From a virus (Duplodnaviria > Caudoviricetes): 49,988 bases of DNA. Below, in pieces: positions 1-9,582 of the stretch; the first letter of the stretch is position 1; the number at the start of each line of letters is the position of its first letter. The notes below the pieces were generated by a model that was not told where the DNA came from, searched no databases, and saw nothing but the letters and a program-made list of their open reading frames with translations. A program made the position numbers and the translations under genes. The stretch is taken from positions 1 to 49,988 of the IMG/VR virus record IMGVR_UViG_3300040971_000365; one strand, written 5' to 3'.

Positions 1-864
1 ATGAGTGCGGCCACCCCAAATGTCGCGGCATCCGTCCGTGCGCGCCTGCTCAATGTCGCCAAGGCACAAGGCGTCGATTTCAATCAGGTGCTGGTGCGCT
101 TTGCCTTGGAGCGCATCCTCTATCGGCTGACCCAGTCGCCGCACGCGGATCGCTTTCTGCTCAAAGGTGCGCTGCTGTTCACGCTCTGGTACGACATGCC
201 ACACCGGGCCACACGCGATGCCGACCTCTTGGGCTTCGGTGCCAGCGATCTGGAGTCAGTGGCCCAAGTATTCCGGGACATCGCAGCCGTACCGGTCGAC
301 GACGGCATCGTGTTCGACCCAGCCTCTGTCACGGTCGAGGAGATCCGCAAGGAAGCAGGCTACGGTGGCGTTCGCGTGATGATTGCAGGCGATCTTGCCA
401 GAGCACGCTGCAAGACCCAGATCGATGTCGGCTTCGGCGACGCCGTCACCCCGGCACCTGTTGATTCGGTCTACCCAGTACTGCTGGAGGAAATGCCCGC
501 ACCACGACTGCGGGCCTACCCAACGTACACCGTCATCGCAGAAAAGCTCCACGCCATCGCTTTGCTGGGCATGACCAACAGCCGCTTGAAGGACTACTTC
601 GATCTATCTGTGCTGTTGGAAAGAGAAACTCTGGACACCGATCTGCTGGCCCAGGCGATCAAGGCCACGTTTGAAAGACGGGGCATGGCAGTTCCTGAAG
701 CGCTGCCAGTCGGCCTGACGGACGAGTTTGCACACGACGCTTCGCGCCAGGCGCTGTGGCTGGCATTTCTCAAGAAGAACGAACTTCCGCCAGAACCCTT
801 GCACGCCATCGTTGGCCGCTTGAGCGTGGCATTGGCCCCCGCGTTGAACACCGTCGCTCGTTGA
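1..864 (+). CDS. abiEii: AbiEii/AbiGii-family nucleotidyltransferase toxin (type IV toxin-antitoxin / abortive infection)
   Basis: Motifs FLLKGALL, RATRDADL, IDVGFGD, AEKLHA and SRLKDYFD are typical of AbiEii. The antitoxin would lie upstream of the window. Confidence 0.9.
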   Translation: MSAATPNVAASVRARLLNVAKAQGVDFNQVLVRFALERILYRLTQSPHADRFLLKGALLFTLWYDMPHRATRDADLLGFGASDLESVAQVFRDIAAVPVDDGIVFDPASVTVEEIRKEAGYGGVRVMIAGDLARARCKTQIDVGFGDAVTPAPVDSVYPVLLEEMPAPRLRAYPTYTVIAEKLHAIALLGMTNSRLKDYFDLSVLLERETLDTDLLAQAIKATFERRGMAVPEALPVGLTDEFAHDASRQALWLAFLKKNELPPEPLHAIVGRLSVALAPALNTVAR

Positions 865-934
865 ATATCCCTTCATAGGGCAGCCGCTTCGCGCCCTTCG
901 CCACGGTCAGTGGCGGTCTCCATACGGACTTTGC

Positions 935-1414
935 ATGGAGACCACGATGACTACTCGACTTTGCGCGCACTGCAGCCACCCCTTCGAACCCCGCCCACAG
1001 GTTCCCGACCAAGCGTTCTGCTCCGCCCCTGAATGCCAGCGGGCTCGCAAGCGCGAATGGCAGCGGGCAAAACTCCAATCCGATCCTGACTACCGCATCA
1101 ATCAGCAGGCGGCACAGCGCGCGTGGTCAAAGCGCAACCACGACTATTGGCGCAATCACCGAGACGCACAACAGGCAGACGGCGATCAAGGATCGCAAGC
1201 GGATGGGCCTCATCAGCAGCGAGTCATCGATCCTGTAAAGATGGACGTGTCAGCTCTGCCTTCCGGCATCTACCGGATCACAAGACGGCCAGACGTCCCG
1301 AATGGAACACCGGGCTCTTGGGTAGTTGAAATCACGCTGCTGTACGAAACCTGTGAATGCAAGATGGATGCGTCAAGAGATGACTTGATCGACAGCCAGG
1401 GAATCCGGCCTTAA
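935..1414 (+). CDS. Hypothetical zinc-finger-like protein
   Basis: 159-aa ORF with CxxC (CAHC) and CxxxxC (CSAPEC) followed by a basic helical segment. The start could be 935 or 947. Confidence 0.6.
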   Translation: METTMTTRLCAHCSHPFEPRPQVPDQAFCSAPECQRARKREWQRAKLQSDPDYRINQQAAQRAWSKRNHDYWRNHRDAQQADGDQGSQADGPHQQRVIDPVKMDVSALPSGIYRITRRPDVPNGTPGSWVVEITLLYETCECKMDASRDDLIDSQGIRP

Positions 1415-1562
1415 CTTCAAGCCCAAATGGGCTCTCGATCATCCTGGATGGCAACAATTTCAACCCTGTGCATTCCGGCCGCGCGTTGCAGGCCACGTGT
1501 ATGCCATTGAGGTGAAAGGCAGGCCCGAGAGCAAGTTCACACAACATAAAGTGATCGGGTCT

Positions 1563-3128
1563 ATGCAGGCAGAAGAGTTCTCCATTCCGGGGGCGGATCA
1601 GCCACCGACATTTCGGGCCGCCGAGTACGTTCGGATGTCGACCGAGCACCAGCAGTATTCGACGGAAAACCAAGCCGACAAGATCCGCGAATACGCTGCC
1701 CGGCGCAACATCGAGATCGTTCGCACCTATGCCGACGAGGGCAAGAGCGGCTTGCGCATCGATGGGCGGCGGGCGCTGCAGCAGCTGATCAAGGACGTCG
1801 AGACAGGCAGCGCGGACTTCCAGATCATTTTGGTCTATGACGTCAGCCGCTGGGGCCGGTTCCAGGACGCCGATGAGAGCGCCTATTACGAATACATTTG
1901 CCGCCGCGCCGGAATTCAGGTCGCGTACTGCGCCGAACAGTTCGAAAACGACGGCTCGCCCGTGTCGACCATCGTCAAGGGCGTCAAGCGTGCGATGGCG
2001 GGTGAATACAGCCGGGAGTTGTCGGCCAAGGTGTTCGCTGGTCAGTGCCGCCTTATCGAGTTGGGCTTTCGGCAAGGTGGCCCCGCTGGCTATGGCCTGC
2101 GACGCGTGCTGGTCGATCAGTCCGGCACGCTCAAAGGTGAGTTGGCGCGTGGCGAGCACAAGAGCCTGCAAACCGACCGCGTCATCCTTCAGCCAGGTCC
2201 GGATGATGAGGTTGCCGTGGTCAACCAGATCTACCGCTGGTTTGTCACCGACAACCAGACGGAGCTGGACATCGCCGAACGGCTGAATGCACAAGGAACG
2301 CGTACTGACCTTGGGCGCGATTGGACACGAGCGACCATCCGCGAAGTGTTGTCCAACGAGAAATACATCGGCAACAACATCTACAACCGGCGATCCTTCA
2401 AACTCAAGAAGCACCGGGTGGTCAACAGCCCAGAGATGTGGATCAAGAAGGAAGGCGCGTTCGAGGGCATCGTGCCACCGGAGCTCTTCTACACGGCGCA
2501 GGGCATCTTGCGCGCAAGGGCACATCGGTACAGCGACGAGGAGTTGATCGAGAAGCTGCGCAATCTTTACCAGCGCCACGGCTACCTGTCCGGCCTGATC
2601 ATCGATGAAGCTGAAGGCATGCCCTCGTCGGCGGCCTACGCGCATCGTTTCGGCAGTCTGATTCGCGCGTACCAGACGGTGGGCTTCACTCCGGATCGGG
2701 ACTACCAGTATCTGGAAGCGAATCAGTTCCTGCGCCGATTACACCCGGAGATCGTCGGCCAGACTGAACGGATGATCGCCGAGGTGGGCGGCATGGTGGA
2801 ACGCGATCCGGCCACCGACCTCCTCACCGTGAATCGCGAGTTCACCGTTTCACTGGTGCTGGCTCGCTGCCAATTGCTCGATAACGGGCGACGGCGCTGG
2901 AAAGTGCGCTTCGATACCAGCCTCGCGCCCGACATCACGGTGGCCGTGCGGCTGGACGACAGCAATCAGGCCGCCTTGGATTACTACCTGCTGCCCCGAC
3001 TGGACTTCGGTCAGGCACGTATCCATCTGGCCGACCACAACGGCATCGAGTTTGAGTGCTATCGCTTCGACAGCCTGGACTACCTGTATGGCATGGCCCG
3101 GCGCATCCGCATAAGGAGGGCCGCATGA
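1563..3128 (+). CDS. Large serine recombinase (resolvase plus recombinase domains)
   Basis: Catalytic motif AAEYVRMSTEHQ, plus DEGKSG, VYDVSRWGR and GGPAGYG. The start is chosen at ATG 1563; the ORF is open from 1497. Confidence 0.9.
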   Translation: MQAEEFSIPGADQPPTFRAAEYVRMSTEHQQYSTENQADKIREYAARRNIEIVRTYADEGKSGLRIDGRRALQQLIKDVETGSADFQIILVYDVSRWGRFQDADESAYYEYICRRAGIQVAYCAEQFENDGSPVSTIVKGVKRAMAGEYSRELSAKVFAGQCRLIELGFRQGGPAGYGLRRVLVDQSGTLKGELARGEHKSLQTDRVILQPGPDDEVAVVNQIYRWFVTDNQTELDIAERLNAQGTRTDLGRDWTRATIREVLSNEKYIGNNIYNRRSFKLKKHRVVNSPEMWIKKEGAFEGIVPPELFYTAQGILRARAHRYSDEELIEKLRNLYQRHGYLSGLIIDEAEGMPSSAAYAHRFGSLIRAYQTVGFTPDRDYQYLEANQFLRRLHPEIVGQTERMIAEVGGMVERDPATDLLTVNREFTVSLVLARCQLLDNGRRRWKVRFDTSLAPDITVAVRLDDSNQAALDYYLLPRLDFGQARIHLADHNGIEFECYRFDSLDYLYGMARRIRIRRAA

Positions 3129-4036
3129 ATCAGGACAAAGAGCATCGGCATTCGGAGTTACGGATGATTCCTCTCGAACGGATTGAAGTTCTCAACCCCC
3201 GCGAACGCAACAGCCGTGTGTTCGAGCAGATCGTTGGCAACATCCAGAACATCGGCCTGAAAAAGCCCATCATCGTGACGCCGCGTCCTGGGAGCAACGG
3301 CGAGCACTATCTCCTCATCTGCGGCGAGGGGCGCTTCAAGGCCTTCAAGACGCTCGGGCATCAAGAAATCCCTGCAATGGTGATGAACGTCGATGACGAA
3401 TCGGCCTTCATCATGAGCCTCACCGAGAACATCGCCCGGCGAAAGTTCAGCCCGTTGGAATTGCTGTCCGGCATCGAGCAACTGCGGGATCAGGGCTATG
3501 ACAAGAAATCCATTGCACAAAAGACAGGTCTGAGTCCGGAGTACGTTCAGGGCATCCTGCAATTGCTGCAGAACGGTGAGCAACGACTGCTGATGGCCGT
3601 GGGCAGCGGGCGCATCCCTCTCAATGCGGCGATCACCATCGCCGGCGCGGGCAGCGATGAGAAAGCGATTCAAGCCGCACTACAAGATGCCTACGAAACC
3701 GGAAAGCTGCGTGGCAGCCAGTTGATTCAAGCCCGTCGTGTGATCGAACGTCGCCGCACCCAAGGCAAGTCCATCGGCGGCAGGATGACATCCCGCAAGG
3801 CCAATGAGGATGTCACCACGTCCAGCCTGGTGCGGAACTACCAGAGGGAAGTCGAGCGACAGAAGCTACTGGTCAGGAAAGCAGAGACCGCTCAACGCAA
3901 CTTGCTGTTCATCGTCGGGGCCCTGCGCCAACTGCTGGCCGACGAGAATTTCACCACCCTGCTGCGCGCGGAAGGGCTCGACACACTGCCCCAGTATCTG
4001 GCGGAGCGGGTCTGGGCTCGAGGGAGCAGCACATGA
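3125..4036 (+). CDS. ParB/RepB/Spo0J-family partition-like protein
   Basis: ParB N-terminal signature (GLKKPIIV...LLICGEGR...SLTENIAR) followed by an HTH. ATGA overlap with the recombinase stop. Confidence 0.85.
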   Translation: MNQDKEHRHSELRMIPLERIEVLNPRERNSRVFEQIVGNIQNIGLKKPIIVTPRPGSNGEHYLLICGEGRFKAFKTLGHQEIPAMVMNVDDESAFIMSLTENIARRKFSPLELLSGIEQLRDQGYDKKSIAQKTGLSPEYVQGILQLLQNGEQRLLMAVGSGRIPLNAAITIAGAGSDEKAIQAALQDAYETGKLRGSQLIQARRVIERRRTQGKSIGGRMTSRKANEDVTTSSLVRNYQREVERQKLLVRKAETAQRNLLFIVGALRQLLADENFTTLLRAEGLDTLPQYLAERVWARGSST

Positions 4037-4911
4037 ACAAACTGCCCCTTGGCTTCGTGCCAGAGCCATTGATTCTTTCCCTCTCGTCCGTTCTGCCTTC
4101 GCGCAAGACGCCAGAAGGCTTGCTTGCCTCACGGAAATTCAAGCAAATCACCGCATCTATCGAGGCGGTCGGGCTGATCGAACCCCTGTCGGTGGGAAAG
4201 CCCAACCGCGAGGGGCAGCACATCTTGCTGGACGGGCACACACGACTGGTCGCGCTGAAACAGCTGGGCTTCGACAAGGCTCCCTGCCTGGTAGCCACCG
4301 ATGACGAAAGCTACACCTACAACAACCGGATCAATCGCCTCTCCAGTATTCAGGAGCACCTCATGATCCGTCGCGCTGTCGAACGGGGCGTCACCCCGGA
4401 AAAGCTGGCGAAGGCCTTGGACGTGGACATCAGCCACATCATCAAGAAGCTAAACCTGCTGGAAGGGATCTGCCCGGAGGCCGCCGAGTTGCTGCGCGAC
4501 CAGACGTTTTCGGCAAACCTTGGTGCAGTCCTGCGCAAGCTCAAGCCGACGCGTCAGGTTGAGTGCGTCGAACTGATGGTCAGCGCCAACAACATCACGG
4601 TCGCTTATGCCCAAGCGCTGGTTGCGGCCACGCCCAGCAACTTGCTCGTCGGTGAAACCAAGCCCAAGAAGATGACCGGCGTCAGCGCCGACCAGATGGC
4701 CAAGATGGAGAGGGAGATGGGCAACCTCCACGAGCAGTTCAAGCTCGCCGAGCAGACCTATGGTCAGGACATCCTCAACCTGGTGCTGGCTAAGGGCTAT
4801 CTCGCCAAGCTAATGGCCAACGAAGCCATCTTGCGCCACCTGACCAGAAACCACCCTGACGTGCTGAACGAGTTCGACAGCATCGTCCGCATGGTGGCGC
4901 TGGACAAATAA
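4033..4911 (+). CDS. Second ParB-like / RepB plasmid-partitioning-domain protein
   Basis: SIEAVGLIEPL...LLDGHTRL ParB-like domain plus HTH. ATGA overlap with the preceding gene. Confidence 0.8.
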   Translation: MNKLPLGFVPEPLILSLSSVLPSRKTPEGLLASRKFKQITASIEAVGLIEPLSVGKPNREGQHILLDGHTRLVALKQLGFDKAPCLVATDDESYTYNNRINRLSSIQEHLMIRRAVERGVTPEKLAKALDVDISHIIKKLNLLEGICPEAAELLRDQTFSANLGAVLRKLKPTRQVECVELMVSANNITVAYAQALVAATPSNLLVGETKPKKMTGVSADQMAKMEREMGNLHEQFKLAEQTYGQDILNLVLAKGYLAKLMANEAILRHLTRNHPDVLNEFDSIVRMVALDK

Positions 4912-5179
4912 GCGGCGCGCAATCAGGCGTAGTGAGCGAAATCCTTCCACAGGAAGGTCGTGACGGCGTCCACGCAGGCGGCCCACGGTTCTTTAACAAT
5001 CCGGAAGCATCAGGGTCATCATCCCCACAACGGAGTTTTCGCGTCCCTCCGTGATCAAGGGCGGTGACCGACAGGCTTGCCGCTGGCCTGCTCATTCGTT
5101 CGGGGGCACGAATGGGCGAACAGCGGCACCGAACAATCCTGCGCCTTCGGGCCGCTGCTTAGATGTCTGCCACATGGGC

Positions 5180-5232
5180 TTGTGTGACAGGTAGACACAC
5201 TATAGAATGATGTTTTATGGTGCATAAAACAT
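5180..5232 (+). promoter_or_regulatory. Putative sigma70 promoter with adjacent palindromic operator
   Basis: TTGTGT (5180-5185), 17-bp spacer, TAGAAT (5203-5208), then a perfect inverted repeat ATGTTTTATG-gtg-CATAAAACAT (5210-5232). Confidence 0.6.
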
Positions 5233-5239
5233 TACTTTG

Positions 5240-5461
5240 ATGGCACGACCGCGACTTAACAAGAAGATCGTACGCACCTCCGTGTCCCTTGACGAGCACA
5301 TGTTCAACGAGGTGGCTCAACTTGCAGCCCAAAACGACGTGTCGGTAGCGTGGTTGGTTCGCAAAGCTGTTGCAGAACTTCTAGAGCGTCGTCGCGACGA
5401 GTTAGGACCGCAGTTGCCATTGTTAACAAGCGTTGCCACAGCTCGTGGAACCAAAGAATGA
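5240..5461 (+). CDS. Ribbon-helix-helix (CopG-like) regulator, putative R-M control protein
   Basis: RTSVSLD beta-ribbon followed by two helices (VSVAWLVRKAVAELLE). First gene of the operon. Confidence 0.75.
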   Translation: MARPRLNKKIVRTSVSLDEHMFNEVAQLAAQNDVSVAWLVRKAVAELLERRRDELGPQLPLLTSVATARGTKE

Positions 5462-5519
5462 CCTTGGCTTTCCGCGAAACAGATGGCCTCATCACCCCCC
5501 CAAAAACCAAAAGGAGCGG

Positions 5520-6968
5520 ATGATGGATTCACTGCGCGAAACCAATGAAATGTCCCAACTAAACACAGAAGCGATGCGAGAGAGCATTGGTATTCAGTCA
5601 GTGGGCAGAAATATCTCGAACACAAAACCGGAACGTGTTGTAGCTCAAGTGCATAAAAACCTAACAAAAATCCTGGAGCCGCTGGATGCGCTCTACCCGA
5701 TTGAGCAACGCTTCGATCTTGGGCCCTTTGTGCATTGGCGAGGCAACGCGTCATCGCCCATGCATCGTTGGTTGAGATATCGAGAAGCATATTCACCAGA
5801 GCTTATTGATAAGCTGCAGCTGGGCAGTCGAATTCTCGACCCATTCAGTGGTTGTGGTTCTATTCCTATTGGCGCTGCTATAAGAGGGAAAAAGTCTGTA
5901 GGTATCGATTTAAATCCGATTGCCGCGTTCTCGTCAAAGGTTAAGCTGACGCCACTGAAGCCGTCTTCAATACGCAAAATTAGGAGTTTCCTTGGAAGTT
6001 TTCCTTCCCTCCTTAGAAGTAGTGAACGATGGCCACTCCCCGAACTGAGCATATCGAAGAAAGTATTTGAGCCACAGATGCTTGATGCTGTTTTACGCGC
6101 CAGAACAGCTATTGAAATATCATTTAAAACCGACCCTCTTGCACGAAACTTTGTATTCCTTGCCTGGCTGGCCATCCTAGAAGGGGTCGGCAGCTACTTC
6201 AAGGAAGGCAACGGGATAAAGTATCGCAACAAGAAGCGTCAAAAGGGTAAGTACGAGAATCGCGCCGACGGCGAATGGCAACTGGAAAGATTCGGGGCGG
6301 ATCAAACGGCTTTTTTCTCCAAAACCTTTACGCACCAGCTAGAGATGATGCTGGAAGACACTGTTGAATGGCAATCTGGAGATTGGACGGGGCAGCAGCT
6401 GATAGAGGGTAGTGCATTCAATCTTGGCGAAATGCTCAAGGGGGAGACTTTCGATTCGGTGATCTTCAGTCCCCCATATGCGAATCGTTTTGACTACTTT
6501 GAGTCATTCAAGGTTGAGCTATGGTTTGGCAACTTTGTTAACTCCTATGCAGATCTTAATGCGCTTAGAAAAGCATCCTTAAGATCGCATCTAAACGCGG
6601 ACTATAAAAGGCCTTCAGAGAACTTGCCTGTTCTCGAGAAGTTAATTTCGTTGATGGATACCACAGCGAGTAGCTGGCGAATGGGTGTGCCAGACCTCAT
6701 GCGTGGCTATTTTCACGATATGGGTATGGTTCTTCGTCAGTGCCGAAGTGTTCTTCCCGCCGGTAAGTGTTATGTCGTTGTTGGAAACTCGGCCTTTGCA
6801 GGCGTGATTGTTCCTACTGACGTTCTCACAGCCATGGTCGGTATAAACGCAGGCTTTAGAAAAGCAACAATCATTGAAACCAGGCATTTGACCGTCGCGC
6901 CACAGCAGCGAAATATGCTGAAGGGTTTCGAAAAATATATGCGCGAATCGATAGTGGTACTTGAATGA
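5520..6968 (+). CDS. DNA amino-methyltransferase M1, alpha-class, probably N4-cytosine
   Basis: Motif I ILDPFSGCGS lies N-terminal and motif IV FSPPY C-terminal, followed by VVVGNS. RBS AAGGAG at 5511 precedes ATG 5520/5523. Confidence 0.85.
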   Translation: MMDSLRETNEMSQLNTEAMRESIGIQSVGRNISNTKPERVVAQVHKNLTKILEPLDALYPIEQRFDLGPFVHWRGNASSPMHRWLRYREAYSPELIDKLQLGSRILDPFSGCGSIPIGAAIRGKKSVGIDLNPIAAFSSKVKLTPLKPSSIRKIRSFLGSFPSLLRSSERWPLPELSISKKVFEPQMLDAVLRARTAIEISFKTDPLARNFVFLAWLAILEGVGSYFKEGNGIKYRNKKRQKGKYENRADGEWQLERFGADQTAFFSKTFTHQLEMMLEDTVEWQSGDWTGQQLIEGSAFNLGEMLKGETFDSVIFSPPYANRFDYFESFKVELWFGNFVNSYADLNALRKASLRSHLNADYKRPSENLPVLEKLISLMDTTASSWRMGVPDLMRGYFHDMGMVLRQCRSVLPAGKCYVVVGNSAFAGVIVPTDVLTAMVGINAGFRKATIIETRHLTVAPQQRNMLKGFEKYMRESIVVLE

Positions 6969-8389
6969 GTGATTTGAATGTTAAGCGAGGGAAAATGCCC
7001 GTCGAGCCACCCAGAAGTGGGCGGTCAAGAGGCGTTGCTACTCCAAAAGAAGGGCATGAGAGCCACGATGTAATCCGTGAAGTGGATGAGTTTCCCGAGC
7101 ACACTGAAATCAGTCATGGGGAGCTGCTGAGTCTAACTTTGTCGACTAAGACATCTGGGCTGACACATGGCCTTCACCGCTTCCCAGCCAAATATATTCC
7201 GCAGGTTCCTCAATGGGCGATTCGCAATTTTGCAGGAGATAAAAGTGTTGTCTGGGACCCATTTATGGGTTCAGGCACTAGCTTGGTCGAAGCGTTGTGC
7301 GCCGTTAAACAAAGTTACGGAACCGATATTGATCCTCTGGCCCGCTTAATCTCGAGCGCTAAAACTACCCCCTTAGACCCGTCACGACTAGCTACTCTAG
7401 CTGAGAAATTAGATTCTTCATGTCTGCCGTCATTGGAAGATTGCTTTCTTCCAATGGCAGGAGTTAAGAATGTGACTCACTGGTTTTCAGAGAAAACTTG
7501 GATAGACCTCTGTCGAATTTTCTCTGCCATCGAAAATCTTGACTGCAAGACAAGTGAGAGAAAGTTTTTCTTTGTTGTCTTTAGTTCAATTCTGCGTTGG
7601 GTGTCAAACGCCGATGACCAAACTCAAAAGACCTATGTGTCAGGGACTCTGAAAAAAAGTCCCCCAGAGGTCTTGCCAACGTTCGATAAAGCCCTACAGA
7701 AAGCACTACTCAGTGTTTCCAGCTTGGAATCTGTGTGGCAGGGGCGACAGGCCACCATTCTTGAGGGAAATGCATTGTCGGTTCCTCTTAAGGACGCGTC
7801 GGTTGACCTGATTGTCACAAGTCCACCGTACCTCGATTCGGTGGACTACATGTACAACTTTATGCTGGAGTATTTTTGGCTAGGTCCCCAAATTGGTGTG
7901 GCTAGCCGAGCTGAATACAACAGTCGCCGTAGAACGCCAATCGGAGCGAAGAATCCTTTAACACCAGCACATTCCGTACATGAAGCCTTGCTGGATTTGG
8001 TTGATCCACAGCAGATTCCCGAGTATCGAAGAAGTGCCGCCTTGAGCTACTTCGATCTGATGCAAAAGCACTTTATCGAAGCTGCTCGAGTAATGAAGGA
8101 TGGTGCCAGGTATGTTTTGGTAGTTGGGAATAGTCAGGCATCCACAGGTGTGCTACCAGTTCATGATTGCCTACTCCGGCTTGCAAAAACAGCAGGGCTT
8201 CACCTTGAGAAGGCGTTTGCGTATCGAATTCGTCGTCATTACATGAAGTTCCCACGAAAGGGACGTGGCGGAATTATTTTGATGGACTGGGTTATTACTC
8301 TTAAAAAAACTGATACTGCGCTTATGGAAGTGGAGGACCGGCTTCCACTTCCGCAGGTAACGATAGGAGCAGACGAGGTGGCAAATTGA
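6965..8389 (+). CDS. DNA amino-methyltransferase M2, alpha-class, probably N4-cytosine
   Basis: THGLHRFPAKY, VWDPFMGSGT (motif I), VTSPPY (motif IV) and VLVVGNS. ATGA overlap with M1. Confidence 0.88.
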   Translation: MSDLNVKRGKMPVEPPRSGRSRGVATPKEGHESHDVIREVDEFPEHTEISHGELLSLTLSTKTSGLTHGLHRFPAKYIPQVPQWAIRNFAGDKSVVWDPFMGSGTSLVEALCAVKQSYGTDIDPLARLISSAKTTPLDPSRLATLAEKLDSSCLPSLEDCFLPMAGVKNVTHWFSEKTWIDLCRIFSAIENLDCKTSERKFFFVVFSSILRWVSNADDQTQKTYVSGTLKKSPPEVLPTFDKALQKALLSVSSLESVWQGRQATILEGNALSVPLKDASVDLIVTSPPYLDSVDYMYNFMLEYFWLGPQIGVASRAEYNSRRRTPIGAKNPLTPAHSVHEALLDLVDPQQIPEYRRSAALSYFDLMQKHFIEAARVMKDGARYVLVVGNSQASTGVLPVHDCLLRLAKTAGLHLEKAFAYRIRRHYMKFPRKGRGGIILMDWVITLKKTDTALMEVEDRLPLPQVTIGADEVAN

Positions 8390-9582
8390 CGATTGCTTTC
8401 CCCCGCGCATCAAGGGCGCATGACTTTTGGCGTGTCAATAGCTACGGTTATCCCTGCTTCTTCAGCGACAGTGAGAAGTCACAGGAAGCTTGGACGACCT
8501 TGCTCTCATTTTTTGATTTTACCGACTATGACCAATTGAAGTCTCACTGGTCGTCGCCGGGAGCTCCTCGCCAATTAAGCTCACATGCAGTTGAAAGTTG
8601 GAAAGCAACGTTTGAAGAATTCGGTATTCTTTACGTAGAGTCGCGTTCGAACCGCATAACCATCACCCCAGCAGGCATACAGCTTCGCGAAGCCGCCGAA
8701 AGAGATGACCGCAACGAATTCGCCTGGATCGGGCTAAATCTTTTGTTGCGCTACCCATTACGAGGCCCTCGCCGTCCTAAAAGCGAAGCACACAGAGATT
8801 CCGACCTGCTTCTCTACAGATTTTGGTATGCGGCGCTACTCGACCTGGATGGCTATGTATGGTGGACTGAGTTAGAACGAATTCTGTGCCGAGTGTTTCT
8901 TACAAACGAAGCAATAGATGCGATTGAGGATGTTCGTAGTTTGAGGTTGCATCCAGAACTTATTGCCCAGGTTAATTTGCCTGCAGCACAAAGGCAAGGT
9001 GCTTTTTATAACTCACTTAATCAAGTTGCTGTTCACGCCGGAATGAATCACTTGCTACTTGGCGGTGAGGATATTGAATGTCCATATGGTGTAACCGAAC
9101 CTAAGAGGCGGCATTTCATTAGGCGAGATTGGATGGGAATGATCAGAAAGGCGCTATCCAACAGTGGGCAATCCGATCAGTGTTCGACCGGAGGGCTTGC
9201 AATCGCTCGCCTGCCTGCAGCACCTCGTTTTTCCGATGAGCGGGAGTATTTCGACTACCTTGGTGCGCGTGTCACACCGATGGCGACACTAGTAACATCC
9301 ACCCTTTCAAGCGTGGAGCTTCAGGGTGAAAGAGTGCTACTTTTGTCTTTGGGAGAAAACTATCAGGTCCTCGATGAACACCACATTGTAGGCTCTGTTG
9401 CATCACTCTGCCAACTCGCACGTGGACAGCGGATTATTCTGAGTCATGACGAGCAATGGACACATCTGGTTGAGGGCAAGGAGCTGGTAGATGCCCACGT
9501 TGTAAGAATAAGGATTCGTCGAGCAAGGCCCATATCAAATATCCAAGCAATCCGCACACTTCTCGGGGGTAATAATGTCTGA
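8386..9582 (+). CDS. Hypothetical protein, putative DNA-specificity subunit (AlwI/LlaJI.R1-like recognition domain)
   Basis: TTG start overlaps the M2 stop. The segment FGILYV...ITITPAG..L...LLLRYP...YRF...LLDLDGY...EL resembles winged-helix recognition domains of AlwI-family enzymes. No nuclease motif seen. Confidence 0.55.
   Translation: MTIAFPRASRAHDFWRVNSYGYPCFFSDSEKSQEAWTTLLSFFDFTDYDQLKSHWSSPGAPRQLSSHAVESWKATFEEFGILYVESRSNRITITPAGIQLREAAERDDRNEFAWIGLNLLLRYPLRGPRRPKSEAHRDSDLLLYRFWYAALLDLDGYVWWTELERILCRVFLTNEAIDAIEDVRSLRLHPELIAQVNLPAAQRQGAFYNSLNQVAVHAGMNHLLLGGEDIECPYGVTEPKRRHFIRRDWMGMIRKALSNSGQSDQCSTGGLAIARLPAAPRFSDEREYFDYLGARVTPMATLVTSTLSSVELQGERVLLLSLGENYQVLDEHHIVGSVASLCQLARGQRIILSHDEQWTHLVEGKELVDAHVVRIRIRRARPISNIQAIRTLLGGNNV

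Noticed and set aside
1332-2645. 437-aa minus-strand ORF
   Set aside because: Antisense shadow of the serine recombinase in high-GC DNA, with no recognisable motifs.
4912-5179. Possible att site, tRNA fragment or ncRNA in the intergenic gap
   Set aside because: No cloverleaf and no matching repeat elsewhere in the window could be identified by eye.
5433-5519. Upstream ORF-track start for M1, and similar N-terminal extensions on many phage genes
   Set aside because: Downstream starts with a clear RBS or stop-start overlap fit better.
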